DNA from: Macrostomum lignano
Lineage: Eukaryota
Direction of reading: 5' to 3'
Length of the DNA stretch: 63,112 nucleotides
NCBI GenBank assembly: GCA_002269645.1
Contig: NIVC01004043.1
Coordinates: 1 to 63,112 of the forward strand
In this document: positions 12,801 to 26,640 of the stretch, piece by piece
How positions within the stretch are numbered: the stretch's first letter is position 1
Layout of the letters: each line of letters opens with the position of its first letter
Notes under the pieces: generated by a model
Told to the model about the DNA's origin: nothing
The model's database searches: none
The model's input: the letters and a program-made list of their open reading frames with translations, nothing else
Made by a program: the position numbers and the translations under genes

Positions 12801-14580
12801 CAATCCTACAGGTGACACTAACAGGTGGTGCCCTACTCAATCCTACAGGTGACACTAACAAATGGTGCCCTACTCAATCCTACAGGTGACACTAACAGGT
12901 ACCCTACTCAATCCTACAGGTGACACTAACAGGTGCCCTACTCAATCCTACAGGTGGTGCCCTACTCAATCCTACAGGTGACACTAACAGGTACCCTACT
13001 CAATCCTATTGGTGGTGCCCTACTCAATCCTATAGGTGACACTAACAGGTACCCTACTCAATCCTACAGGTGACACTAACGGATGGTGCCCTACTCAATC
13101 CTACAGGTGACACTAACAGGTGCCCTACTCAATCCTACAGGTGACACTAACAGGTACCCTACTCAATCCTACAGGTGACACTAACAGATGGTGCCCTACT
13201 CAATCCTAGAGGTGACACTAACAGGTGCCCTACTCAATCCTACAGGTGACACTAACAGGTGCCCTACTCAATCCTATAGGTGACACTAACAGGTACCCTA
13301 CTCAATCCTACAGGTGACACTAACAGATGGTGCCCTACTCAATCCTACAGGTGACACTAACAGGTACCCTACTCAATCCTACAGGTGACACTAACAGGTA
13401 CCCTACTCAATTCTACAGGTGACACTAACAGATGGTGCCCTACTCAATCCTACAGGTGACACTAACAGGTGGTGCCCTACTCAATCCTACAGGTGACACT
13501 AACAGGTGCCCTACTCAATCCTACAGGTGACACTAACGGATGGTGCCCTACTCAATCCTACTGGTGACACTAACAGGTGATGCCCTACTCAATCCTACAG
13601 GTGACACTAACAGGCGCCCTACTCAATCCTACAGGTGACACTAACAGCTGGTACCCTACTCAATCCTACAGGTGACACTAACAGGTACCCTACTCAATCC
13701 TACAGGTGACACTAACAGGTACCCTACTCAATCCTACACGTGACACTAACAGCTGGTACCCTACTCAATCCTACAGGTGATACTAACAGGTGCCCTACTC
13801 AATCCTACAGGTGACACTAACAGTTGCCCTACTCAATCCTACAGGTGACACTAACAGGTGCCCTACTCAATCCTACAGGTGACTCTAACAGGTGCCCTAC
13901 TCAATCCTACAGGTGACACTAACAGTTGCCCTACTCAATCCTACAGGTGACACTAACAGTTGCCCTACTCAATCCTACAGGTGACACTAACAGGTGCCCT
14001 ACTCAATCCTACAGGTGACACTAACAGGTACCCTACTCAATCCTACAGGTGACACTAACAGGTACCCTACTCAATCCTACAGGTGACACTAACAGATGGT
14101 GCCCTACTCAATCCTACAGGTGACACTAACAGGTGGTGCCCTACTCAATCCTACAGGTGACACTAACAGGTGCCCTACTCAATCCTACAGGTGACACTAA
14201 CGGATGGTGCCCTACTCAATCCTACTGGTGACACTAACAGGTGATGCCCTACTCAATCCTACAGGTGACACTAACAGGCGCCCTACTCAATCCTACAGGT
14301 GACACTAACAGCTGGTACCCTACTCAATCCTACAGGTGACACTAACAGGTACCCTACTCAATCCTACAGGTGACACTAACAGGTACCCTACTCAATCCTA
14401 CACGTGACACTAACAGCTGGTACCCTACTCAATCCTACAGGTGATACTAACAGGTGCCCTACTCAATCCTACAGGTGACACTAACAGTTGCCCTACTCAA
14501 TCCTACAGGTGACACTAACAGGTGCCCTACTCAATCCTGCAGGTGACTCTAACAGGTGCCCTACTCAATCCTACATGTGA
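9815..14580. repeat. 4.8-kb minisatellite. Core 34-bp unit CAGGTGACACTAACAGGTRCCCTACTCAATCCTA with 24-bp and 37-bp variants
   Basis: Continuous tandem array seen directly. Confidence 0.97.
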
Positions 14581-15049
14581 TACACCGTCAGTCTAGCAGA
14601 TACTCTAGTGTTAAAAGTGGAAAAGTACAAGCCCGAACCCAATCGCATTAGCTGTACTAATTCTAGGTAGGAGTATTTTCAGTCTGTTGCCCGGCACAGA
14701 AATAAGATTTAGCGTGCTCTCATGCATCCTATCAGAGCTAAAGGCGGAACGCATTAGCGACGACTGAGATGAAGCTACAGCCTCCGCCGTTACCAGGGAG
14801 AGTCGAATCGTTAAATAATTTACCACCGAATGTCCTTTGATTCGATTTTGCAATCATTTTACTCGTACTTGGTCATAGAAATGCGCAAACACTGACAACT
14901 ATGAAACGAAACTATAAGATATAAAATGTTGTGAATGCATGTATAGGTTGGCAAGGGCCACATGAGACTCGCTTCAAGATTAAAAAACTTGACACTTTGG
15001 GTTGTACCAACAAAACTTTACTTTTATTACGCTCGTAAGTCTCATTTTT

Positions 15050-16390
15050 TATCTGACAGAGTGCCATTTTAACTTTGATAAAGTGCCACTTTCACTTAGA
15101 TAAAGTGCCACTTTTACTTAGATGAAGTGCCATTTTAACTTTGATAAAGTGCCACTTTTATTTTGACAAAGTGCCACTTTTGATCTGACAGAGTGCCATT
15201 TTAACTTTGATAAAGTGCCACTTTTACTTTGATAAAAGTGCCACTTTTACTTTGACAAAGTGCCACTTTCACATTGATAAAGAGCCACTTTCACTTAGAT
15301 AAGGAGCCGCTTTTGATCTGACAGAATGCCACTTTTGATCTGACAGAATGCCACTTTTACTTTGACAAAGTGCCACTTTTACTTTGATAAAGTGCCACTT
15401 TTACTTTGACAAAGTGCTAATTTTACTTAGATGAAGTGCCATTTTAACTTTGATAAAGTGCCAGTTTTACTTTGATAAAGTGCCAGTTTTACTTTGATAA
15501 AGTGCCAGTTTTATTTTGTTAAAGTGCCACTTTTACTTAGATGAAGTGCCATTTTAACTTTGATAAAGTGCCACTTTTACTTTGATAAAAGTGCTACTTT
15601 TACTTTGACAAAGTGCCAATTTTACTTTGACAAAGTTCCAATTTTACTTTGATAAAGTGCCACTTTTACTTCGATAAAGTGCCACTTTCACTTTGATAAA
15701 GTGCCACTTTCACATTGATAAAGTGCCACTTTCACTTAGATAAGGTGCCACTTTTGATCTGACAGAATGCCACTTTTGATCTGACAGAATGCCACTTTTG
15801 ATCTGACAGAATGCCACTTTTACTTTGATAAAGTGCCACTTTTACTTTGACAAAGTGCCACTTTTATTTAGATGAAGTGCCATTTTAACTTTGATAAAGC
15901 ATCACTTTTACTTAGATGAAGTGCCATTTTATATTTGATAAAGTGCCACTGTTACTTTGATAAAGTACCACTTTTACTTTAATAAAGTGCCACTTTTACT
16001 TAGATGAAGTGCCATTTTAACTTTAATAAAGTGCCACTTTTACTTTGACAAAGCACCACTTTTACTTTGATAAAGTGCCACTTCTACTTCGATAAAGTGC
16101 CACTTTCACTTTGATAAAGTGCCACTTTTACTTAGATAAGGTGCCACTTTTGATCTGACAGAGTGCCACTTTTACTTTGATAAAGTGCCACTTTTACTTT
16201 GACAAAGTGCTAATTTTACTTTGATAAAGCGCCACTTTTGATCTGACAGAGTGCCACTTTTACTTTGATAAAGTGCCACTTTTACTTTGACAAAGTGCCA
16301 CTTTTACTTTGACAAAGTGCTAATTTTACTTTGATAAAGCGCCACTTTTAATCTGACAGAGTGCCAGTTTTACTTGGATAAAAGTGCCTC
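15050..16390. repeat. Minisatellite, 22-bp unit AAAGTGCCACTTTTACTTTGAT
   Basis: Tandem repeats with variants. Confidence 0.95.
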
Positions 16391-16849
16391 ATCAGATCTA
16401 ATAAGAGTGCCACATTGTACTTACAAGCTCGACATACCCATCTACCTATCTGCTGACTGACAGACTGTAATTACACGGGATATCGATGCACGGTTCCGAA
16501 TTGATTTTTTCATTTAGAAATATTTTAGCTCAGATTCGGTTAGCTGACAGTGTTCGACAGAGCGCTAGGTCGATTATAATACAATAACGACATAGACAGA
16601 TTCTTTAACGGCAGCAATTGCATAAGCAATAGCAAATCCGTATATATAGTTACATTGTCATCTTTCTGCCTAAATTAGAGTCTCAGATAACACCAGTTTG
16701 CTTAGCCTAAAAAAGGAATGAAATGATTTGATTTAGATATTTTATCTATTTTTTTGCCTTTCATATGGGAACCGACTGCCGCATCCATGATACTAATCTA
16801 CCGTGCAATGCCGCTTGTCAAAGCGCAGATGATTGAAATCTGGAATATA

Positions 16850-17172
16850 GGGCGATTCTCAATGGGGATCAGAGGGCGATTCTCAATGGGGATCAGAGGG
16901 CGATTCTCAATGGAGATCAGAGGGCGATTCTCAATGGAGATCAGAGGGCGATTCTCAATGGAGATCAGAGGGCGATTCTCAATGGGGATCAGAGGGCGAT
17001 TCTCAATGGGGATCAGAGGGCGATTCTCAATGGAGATCAGAGGGCGATTCTCAATGGAGATCAGAGGGCGATTCTCAATGGGGATCAGAGGGCGATTCTC
17101 AATGGGGATCAGAGGGCGATTCTCAATGGAGATCAGAGGGCGATTCTCAATGGAGATCAGAGGGCGATTTTC
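16850..17172. repeat. Minisatellite, 24-bp unit AGAGGGCGATTCTCAATGG(G/A)GATC
   Basis: About 13 near-perfect copies. Confidence 0.95.
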
Positions 17173-17675
17173 AGAAGGGGTACTGAGGCTAAGCCCACAA
17201 AGCAGAGTTTTTGGTCTGCAATCCAGATTAATATGCAAATTGTAATATACGAATACTCGTATAATATTTATATCAGATTTAAATCGATCAAATCAATGAA
17301 CCCAATATCAATATACATTTCACAGTTTACCGTGTGTTGCAGTACTCCCAGCGGAATAGGTATGCACGTCTAACACGTAGAAACGGTAGCACATATGTAT
17401 ATATATATAAAACGCACAAATTATAATCATACAAGCGGCATTTACTCAGTAATTAAAATAACAGATAAAGAAGAATTATGAGCTGACACATTCAAAAGTG
17501 CATACAATAGAACAATGACAGCTAAAGAACAAAGTAGTCAAGGTTATTGTGCGCTTTAAATCAACCCAACCAATTTTTCAAGCGCTGCACTGACAAAAAA
17601 ATCAAAGCCTGTTCCATATTCACTCTTTCATTTCGATATAGGCAAAGGGCACGAAAATTTTAATTTTTATTCAAA

Positions 17676-18008
17676 GGGAGCGGAGATGCAGGATTAAGAA
17701 AGCTGAGGGAGCGGAGATGCAGGATCAAGGATTCTGAGTGAGCGGAGATACAGGATCAAGGATTCTGAGGAAGTGGAGATGCAGGATCAATGAAGCTGAG
17801 GGAGCGGAGATGCAGGATTAAGGATTATGAGGAAGTGGAGATGCAGGATTAAGGAAGCTGAGGGAGCGGAGATGCAGGATCAAGGGTTCTGAGGAAGTGG
17901 AGATGCAGGATCAAGGATTCTGAGGGAGCGGCAATGCAGGATCAAGGAAGCTGAGGGAGCGGAGATGCAGGATTAAGGAAGCTGAGGGAGCGGAGATGTA
18001 GGATCAAG
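17676..18008. repeat. Minisatellite, about 31-bp unit GAGGGAGCGGAGATGCAGGATCAAGGATTCT
   Basis: Tandem repeats. Confidence 0.9.
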
Positions 18009-18176
18009 CTTACATCATCTATAACCCTAGAATGTCCTCAATCGCAAAAAAAATGTCCCAGCAAATTATTACATTTACACCCGCTACCTGCTACTAAAAT
18101 TCGCGGATACAACAGTAGTAGAATCAGATAATAAACGCAAACGTCAATGCAAATAGCGCGGAGATAAGCAACAGTT

Positions 18177-21100
18177 CTACTTTCTGTAGCGATTCCTACG
18201 AAAATGAAAGTGCAACTGGAACGTATTATTAACAAACTGGCAGCGGAACCCGTGCCTAAACGATGTGTCCCATTCGTTGCGTACAATTTTGAAAGCAACG
18301 TCTTCATAAGGCGGCCCAGCAGTGAAGCGCAGGATGGCAAATTGCGGATCGTCTTTGCATGGCTCGGTGCTGTAGCTGGGCGCCTTGGACTTGTCCAGCA
18401 GATCCGGGTAGAATATGTTGAACTTGTAGCCCTGAGCGATTAACAGGCGAGGTTTGGCTTTTGAACTCGAGCCTAGGTACCTGTCCATTATCAGCCCCTC
18501 TACCTGTCCTAAAATATCTCACTAACCTGTCCACCAGCAGTCTGTCTACCCTGTGCTTAATATAACTATCTACCTGTATAAATAATAACAATATTAACAA
18601 TTGATTACATTTGCCCCAATTGGGCCAGATGTGCAACCGACAGCTCAGCCGCAGCTATTGCGCGGCGCATCTGAAGGCTGCGTACGGCTGTTCAGTCCAA
18701 GGACTGGGGGGTCGCCACACACAGCCTCAATCACCCCAGCTAATGCTGGCACCCATTTTACAGCTGGGTGAACCGAAGCAATGCAGAGGCCTCTCTATCC
18801 GGCCTTCGGGTCCATTGAAGCTTTACAACAGTAATCTGGCCCGCTCAAGGCTTTTGCCTCTTCTCTCTCTCTCCTATCCCCACTCCCCTCTCTCCCCTCT
18901 CTCTGAGATCGTCTCCCCCCTTTTTCACCCTGTCTTGTTTCTTATCTCTTCTATTCCCTTTCCTTTCCTGGATTCTGCATTCTGAGCTGGATTCTGTATT
19001 CTGAGCTGGATTCTGCATTCTGAGCTGGATTCTGTATTCTGAGCTGGATTCTGCATACTGAGCTGGATTCTGCATTCTGAGCTGGATTCTGCATACTGAG
19101 CTGGATTCTGCATACTGAGCTGGATTCTGCATACTGAGCTGGATTCTGCATTCTGAGCTGGATTTTGCATACTGAGCTGGATTCTGCATTCTGAGCTGGA
19201 CTCTGCATTCTGAGCTGGATTCTGCATTCTGAGCTGGATTCTGCATTCTGAGCTGGACTCTGCATTCTGAGCTGGATTCTGCATACTGAGCTGGATTCTG
19301 CATTCTGCGCTGGATTCTGCATACTGAGCTGGATTCTGCATTCTGAGCTGGATTCTGCATACTGAGCTGGATTCTGCATTCTGAGCTGGACTCTGCATTC
19401 TGAGCTGGATTCTGTATTCTGAGCTGGACTCTGCATACTGAGCTGGATTCTGCATACTGAGCTGGATTCTGCATTCTGAGCTGGATTCTGCATACTGAGC
19501 TGGATTCTGCATTCTGAGCTGGATTCTGCATTCTGAGCTGGATTCTGTATTCTGAGCTGGATTCTGCATTCTGAGCTGGATTCTGCATTCTCAGCTGGAT
19601 TCTGCATTCTGAGCTGGACTCTGCATTCTGAGCTGGATTCTGTATTCTGAGCTGGACTCTTGCATACTGAGCTGGATTCTGCATACTGAGCTGGATTCTG
19701 CATTCTGCGCTGGATTCTGCATACTGAGCTGGATTCTGCATTCTGAGCTGGATTCTGCATTCTGAGCTGGACTCTGCATTCTGAGCTGGATTCTCCTTGA
19801 GGTAAATTTGCCAACCAGTAGATTTTAATCAAAACGAAAATAAACACAAATTTACATTAGTTTCCGCTCTCACCTGCACAATCTTCGGCGGCGGATTGTC
19901 CGAATCGAAATGCGTCCGATTATAAGCGCCCCAGTTGTAGCCGGTATTAACCCGATTAAAATACCGCGGCTTCTTTGGCTTCAGCCGGTCTGACCAGGCC
20001 GCCAGACCGGGAGTTTTCACCGCAATCTCTTCGGTTTTCTCTTCCGGCTCGGGCGCTGCCGCGTCGCCAGCCTGACGCCGGAGATGCTCCAGCCTGACCG
20101 ACTCTTCGCTCCAGTTGATCACTATCTGACCGGCGACCGTGTCCGGGTCGAGTTTTGCCGGCGAATATCGACCAGAATCGTACGCATCAAGAGCCTGCTG
20201 CTGCTGCTGCTGTTGCTTTTGCTGTTGCTGCCTCTGCTGCTCGGCCTCGTCGTCATCGGCTGACTCGGCGGTGTCGCCGCCGCCTTCCTCGGAGGCGGCG
20301 CTGCTGGTCGCAGTCGCTGCCGTGGCCGACGCCGCTGCCACTTCCGGGTCGTCGACTTCCGCTCCCTGGTCGGCCGACTGACGCTCCTAGAGTGTTTTGA
20401 CGGCGGGAATTGGTATAGAGGGGTGCTCCTGGACTGGGGTTAGGGGTATTTTTTAGATTTTATAATCAAAGTGAGGGGTATTTTAGATAGGGATTAGCGG
20501 GGCATTTCCGGTTGGACATTAAGGGGGAATTTTTGGATGGGATTATCTGGGTATTTCCTGATGAGGATCAGCGGGGCATTTCCTGATGAGGATCAGTGGG
20601 GTATTTCCTGATGAGGATCAGGGGGGTATTTCCTGATGAGGATCAGCGGGGTATTTCCTGATGAGGATCAGGGGGTATTTCCAGTTGAAAACGATCTACC
20701 ATAAAAATAAGCGCTAGAATCGCCAGAGCGCTAGAGTTTTCATCGGGTTTCCGGGTATGGATTAGCGGGGTACTTCCGATTGGGGATTAGCTCTAGTTAA
20801 GGTATTAAATGAAGATTCTATCAAACCTACTAACCTGCAGTCTCTGCATTCGCCTACGCAGCAGCACTTTATGCAACTCCTGCAGCGTAGCCTTCGCCTT
20901 GGCCACTTTAACTTTGTCCAGCATCTCCTCCCAGTAGGCCAGATCGGTGCCCGGTCCGGCTGCGCAGATTCTGGCGGACACCGAGTCTTCCAGAGCGGCC
21001 AACTGACTGGCCGACTTGCCCCTGATGACGGCGTCGATTCTGTCAGCAACGGCAGCCGTGGCGGAGCTGGCGGCCGGTGCACTCTTGCTATCCAGAGCGT

Positions 21101-23045
21101 GCTGAACTAGCAGAGCTACGCAGCTCCAGAAAGTCTCGCTGTCCCGACAGGCGCCTTCGGTTAAGCCGCTCTGCCGTTCCAATTTCTGATAGACGCCGAT
21201 ATCGACTTTTAAATCCTCGAGATCGTCAACGCTCAAGCCGGTGAGCAGGGCGTCCGGCGAATGGGCGTCTAAGAAAGCCAGACTTTCGTCTTCATCAAAT
21301 TCGTCATCATTGTCGTCCGCCCCGTCATCGCGTTTAATTTTAATACCAGAGATTCTTTGCAAAGCCTCGGCATACCTGCCCAGCAGGTCGATGGGCTTGG
21401 CGCGGCCTTCGGCTATGCGGATGGCCGATCTGGCCCGCGCCTGCTTCAAGTGGAACGCGTCCTCCTGCTGCCACCACTGGCGAAAGTTCTCAGACTCGCG
21501 ATCGCGCTGCTCCTGCTCCTGCTCCTTCAGCCGGGCCTCGCGTTCCAGCTCGTTCTGACGGCAACGCTCGCGGACCTGCGGTTTGTTTGGGGAATAGGAT
21601 AAGGCTATAGCAATGATCCTAATGAGCATGTGATGACACACCAGTGACCGATCTATGACTTCAATGACTGATCAATGACTGATCTATGACTTCAATGACT
21701 GATCAATGACTGATCTATGACTTCAATGACTGATCAATGACTGATCTATGACTTCAATGACTGATCAATGACTGATCTATGACTTCAATGACTGATCAAT
21801 GACTTCAATGACTGATCAATGACTGATCTATGACTTCAATGACTGATCAATGACTGATCTATGACTTCAATGACTGATCAATGACTTCAATGACTGATCA
21901 ATGACTGATCTATGACTTCAATGACTGATCAATGACTGATCTATGACTTCAATGACTGATCAATGACTGATCTATGACTTCAATGACTGATCAATGACTG
22001 ATCAATGATTTCAATGACTGATCAATGACTGATCTATGACTTCAATCACTGATCAATGACTGATCTATGACTTCAATGACTGATCAATGACTGATCAATG
22101 ACTGATCTATGACTTCAATGACTGATCAATGACTGATCTATGACTTCAATGACTGATCAATGACTGATCAATGACTTCAATGATTGATCTATGACGTCAA
22201 TGACTGATCAATGACTGATCTATGATTTCAATGACTGATCAATGACTGATCTATGACTTCAATGACTGATCAATGACTGATCAATGACTTCAATGATTGA
22301 TCTATGACGTCAATGACTGATCAATGACTGATCTATGATTTCAATGACTGATCAATGACTGATCTATGACTTCAATCACTGATCAATGACTGATCTATGA
22401 CTTCAATGACTGATCAATGACTTCAATGACTGATCTATGACGTCAATGACTAGAATTTTGAATTAGAATTATGACTCAGATAACCAAACAATAACTTAAA
22501 CAATGAACCCAAAACAAAACCTTTTCGAGCTCAGCCCGATTCTCAGCCGCTTTTCTCTCCACGTCGGCCATAGTGCCGCCCTCGCGTTGCAGTTTCTTAT
22601 GCCAAACGAAAGTCTGCGTGAGCTTCTCGTCGCCAAACGGATTATCTATATCCGTGTAGTCGCCCTCCCAGCCCAGTTCCCGACGCCGTCGTTCCGACTT
22701 AGCCGCCTTCTTAGCTAACCGACGGGCCCGCTTCTGCTCGGGCGTCTCGGCAGCTTTGAGCAGCGCTTTCACCCGACGACGCTCTTCAATAGAGGCGCCG
22801 CTAGACTGCTTTTCAGATTTCTGTCTGGCTGGAGAATCATCTGACGAGGACGAACTGCTGCTGCTGCTGCTGGAGGACTTCCGTCTGTGTCTCGATTTTC
22901 TGTGCTTCTCTACCTCATCGCCATGGCGGTGATGCTTTCGATCTTCGCGACGCCTGCCACTTTGTCTGTCACGATCTCTGTCTCTAGTTTTATCCCTGTC
23001 TCTGTCTCTGTCCACGCGATCTCTGTCGCGATAATGCTGATGATG
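18177..23045 (-). CDS. CACTIN: Cactin (spliceosome-associated factor). Exons about 23045-22521, 21575-20835, 20386-19874, 18431-18177; initiator codon not located
   Basis: Hallmark motifs ETPEQKRARRLAKK..DNPFGD..TFVWHKK; EDAFHLKQARARSAIRIAEGRAKPIDLL; KPKKPRYFNRVNTGYNWGAYNRTHFDSDNPPPKIVQ|GYKFNIFYPDL..AGPPYEDVAFKIV..HGFRCQF..FQLHFHFRRNRYRK. All three introns are GT-AG, phase 0. Confidence 0.95.
18966..19796. repeat. Minisatellite, 19-bp unit CTGAGCTGGATTCTGCATT, in the last cactin intron
   Basis: Tandem repeats; explains the 19-aa periodic ORFs in all three minus frames. Confidence 0.95.
20540..20685. repeat. Short minisatellite (GGGGTATTTCCTGATGAGGATCA-like) in cactin intron 2
   Basis: About 5 copies. 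Confidence 0.8.
21648..22452. repeat. Minisatellite built from TGATCAATGAC / TGATCTATGAC / TTCAATGAC subunits (about 31-bp period) in cactin intron 1
   Basis: Tandem repeats. Confidence 0.95.
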
Positions 23046-23124
23046 CTTTGATTTCGTTTCCAGAAAGTGTTAAAAGTTGGTTACAGTTTTTTATTTAAAA
23101 AATCGCTTTGTCTTTATAATAGAT

Positions 23125-24560
23125 CTGCTTTTAAAGGCCGATTTTCGAGGGGTCTGGATTTGAAGGCCGATTCTTAAGGGGGGTGGATTTGAAGGCCGAT
23201 TCTTACGGGGGTCTGGATTTGAAGGCCGATTCTTAAGGGGGGTGGATTTGAAGGCCGATTCTTACGGGGGTCTGGATTTGAAGGCCGATTGTTAAGGGGG
23301 CTGGATTTGAAGGCCGATTGTTAGGGGGGGCTGGATTTGAAGGCCGATTATTAGGGGGGGGGTCTGGATTTGAAGGCCGATTCTTAGGGGGAGGGGTTGA
23401 TTTGAAGGCCGATTTTTGAGGGGGTCTGGATTTGAAGGCCGATTCTTAGGGGGGGGGGGTCTGGATTTGAAGGCCGATTCTTAAGGGTCAGTATTAAAAG
23501 GCTGATTCTCAAGGGATCTGGATTTGAAGGCCAATTCTTAAGGGGTCTGGATTTGAAGGCCGATTCTTAATGGTCTGGATTTGAAGGCCGATTGTTAGGG
23601 GGGCTGGGTTTGAAGGCCGATTCTTAAGGGTCAGTATTAAAAGGCCGATTCTTAATGGTCTGGATTTGAAGGCCGATTTTTGAGGGGGGGCTGGATTTGA
23701 AGGCCGATTCTTAGGGGGGGGTCTGGATTTGAAGGCCGATTCTTAAGGGTCAGTATTAAAAGGCTGATTCTCAAGGGATCTGGATTTGAAGGCCAATTCT
23801 TAAGGGGTCTGGATTTGAAGGCCGATTCTTAATGGTCTGGATTTGAAGGCCGATTGTTAGGGGGGCTGGGTTTGAAGGCCGATTCTCAAGGGGTCTGGAT
23901 TTGAAGGCCGATTCTTAATGGTCTGGATTTGAAGGCCGATTGTTAGGGGGGCTGGGTTTGAAGGCCGATTCTTAAGGGTCAGTATTAAAAGGCCGATTCT
24001 TAATGGTCTGGATTTGAAGGCCGATTTTTGAGGGGGGGCTGGATTTGAAGGCCGATTCTTAAGGGGTCTGGATTTGAAGGCCGATTCTTAATGGTCTGGA
24101 TTTGAAGGCCGATTGTTAGGGGGGCTGGGTTTGAAGGCCGATTATTAGAGGGGCTGGATTTGAAGGCCGATTATTAGGGGGGCTGGATTTGAAGGCCGAT
24201 TCTTAGGGGGGGCTGGATTTGAAGGCCGATTTTTGAGGGGTCTGGATTTGAAGGCTGATTCTTAAGGTGGTCTGGATTTGAAGGCTGATTCTTAAGGTGG
24301 TCTGGATTTGAAGGCCGATTCTCAATGGTTTGGATTTGAAGGTCGATTCTTAAGGTGGTCTGGATTTGACGGCCGATTTTTGAGGGGGTCTGGATTTGAA
24401 GGCCGATTCTTAGGGGGGCTGGATTTGAAGGCCGATTCTCAATGGTCTGGATTTGAAGGCCGATTCTCAAGGGGTCTCGATTGGAAGACTGAATTTTAAG
24501 GGGGTCTTGATATGAAGGCCGATTTTCATTGGCTACGGATTTGAAGGCCGATTTTTTATA
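23125..24560. repeat. Minisatellite, about 29-31 bp unit TCTGGATTTGAAGGCCGATTCTTAAGGGG
   Basis: Tandem repeats with variable G-runs. Confidence 0.95.
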
Positions 24561-25139
24561 GAAACGGGCTTGAAGACTAATTCTAAAGTGCACAGTATAA
24601 ATGGACAATTTTGGTATGATTCAAAATTTTTGTTAAATAAATTTTAGGGGCCAATTTTTAAAGTTAACTTTTAAATAAAATGATCAAATAACTTACTAGG
24701 AAAATCAAATGATACAGCAATACAATTATTTTAGGTACATTCTGTATATTTATATTAGTGATGATGCCCTAACAATTTTTTCTTCTAATCAATCACATAG
24801 ACACAGACAGACCATTTTTAGTATATGGATTGATCAATGAAAAATAGAAACGGTTACAAGCAAAAAAACAAAAGGATGAGACTCGCAAATGGCATAACAA
24901 TAAAAAACTTAAAAAAATATCACTCATGAAAAATTAGGAGGGTGCTAAATAATAAATCATCAACGGACCGCGCATGGGATATTGAAAATGACAACTGTGC
25001 CAATTATCAATGAAGTATTTTACAAGTTGAGGGAATGTAAAGAATGAGCATGAAAAAATTATGAACTAAGCTTTGAAGAGTCGCAAATCGAATCGATGCT
25101 TTTTCCGAGCTTTTGTAGAAAGGCAACTCTAGGCAGAAT

Positions 25140-25485
25140 TACAGGGCGATTCAAGACATGATTGTAGGGCGATTCCAGACATTATTGTAGGGCGATTCCA
25201 GACATGATTGTAGGGCGATTCCAGACATGATTGTAGGGCGATTCCAGACATTATTGTAGGGCGATTCCAGACATGATTGTAGGGCGATTCCAGACATGAT
25301 TGTAGGGTGATTCCAGACATGATTGTAGGGTGATTCCAGACATGATTGTAGGGCGATTCCAGACATGATTGTAGGGCGATTCAAGACATGATTGTAGGGC
25401 GATTCCAGACATGATTGTAGGGCGATTCCAGACATGATTGTAGGGCGATTCCAGACATGATTGTAGGGCAATTTTAGACATTATT
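25140..25485. repeat. Minisatellite, 23-bp unit TTCCAGACATGATTGTAGGGCGA
   Basis: About 15 copies. Confidence 0.95.
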
Positions 25486-25725
25486 GGATGTTGATGGTTT
25501 AAATCCTACAGATTATTGAAGAAAAGAAGTGGTTACCGTTAAAAAGTTTGGCGCCAATATAATATTCTTAATTGCGGAACTCATAATCTGAAAGTTTGGT
25601 TGGTATCGCATGCAATTAGTGTAACCAGCGCAGTATACTTATTTTGAAAAAGAACAAATTCAAGTATGAAACTAAATTACAAAAAATTAAATACCGCAAA
25701 GCAAAGTGATTATAAAAACTTAATA

Positions 25726-26640
25726 CAGGTGGGATACTTCAGGGCTATTTTGGTGGGACACTTCAGGGCAATTCAGATAGGATAATTCAGGGCTATTCAG
25801 ATGGGATACTTCAGGGCTAGGGATATTTCAGGGCTATTCAGGTGGGATAAGTCAGGGCTATTCAGGTGGGATAAGTCAGGGCTATTCAGATGGGATACTT
25901 CAGGGCTATTCAGGTGGGATACTTCAGGGCTAGGGATATTTCAGGGCTATTCAGGTGGGATACTTCAGGGCTAGGGATATTTCAGGGCTATTCAGATGGG
26001 ATACTTCAGGGCTAGGGATATTTCAGGGCTATTCAGGTGGGATAAGTCAGGGCTATTCAGGTGGGATAAGTCAGGGCTATTCAGGTGGGATAAGTCGGGG
26101 CTATTCAGGTGGGATAAGTCAGGGCTATTCAGGTGGGATAAGTCAGGGCTATTCAGGTGGGATAAGTCAGGGCTATTCAGATGGGATACTTCAGGGCTAT
26201 TCAGGTGGGATAAGTCAGGGCTATTCAGGTGGGATACTTCAGGGCTATTCAGATGGGATACTTCAGGGCTATTTAGGTGGGATAAGTCAGGGCTATTCAG
26301 GTGGGATACTTCAGGGCTATGCAGATGGGATACTTTAGGGCTATTCAGATGGGATACTTCAGGGCTATTCAGATGGGATACTTCAGGGCTATTCAGGTGG
26401 GATAAGTCAGGGCTATTTAGGTGGGATAAGTCAGGGCTATTCAGGTGGGATAAGTCAGGGCTATTCAGGTGGGATACTTCAGGGCTATTCAGATGGGATA
26501 CTTCAGGGCTATTTAGGTGGGATACTTCAGGGCTATTCAGATGGGATACTTCAGGGCTATTCAGATTGGATATTTCAGGGCTATTCAGGTGGGATATTTC
26601 AGGGCTATTCAGGTGGGATATTTCAGGGCTATTCAGGTTA
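25726..26640. repeat. Minisatellite, 24-bp unit CAGGGCTATTCAGGTGGGATA(AGT/CTT)
   Basis: Tandem repeats. Confidence 0.95.

Noticed and set aside
9815-14580. CRISPR-like look of constant repeats with variable inserts
   Set aside because: The variable parts are a few recurring variants, not unique spacers; eukaryotic context and no cas genes
16754-17245. Repetitive ORFs on both strands (GRFSMEIR / ENRPLISI)
   Set aside because: A 24-bp unit without stops; no homology signal
18845-19847. Three overlapping 214-298 aa ORFs (MQNPAQ repeats)
   Set aside because: A 19-bp intronic array open in all three frames; lies within a homology-defined cactin intron
20139-21602. Plus-strand ORFs overlapping cactin exons
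   Set aside because: Antisense shadows of GC-rich coding sequence
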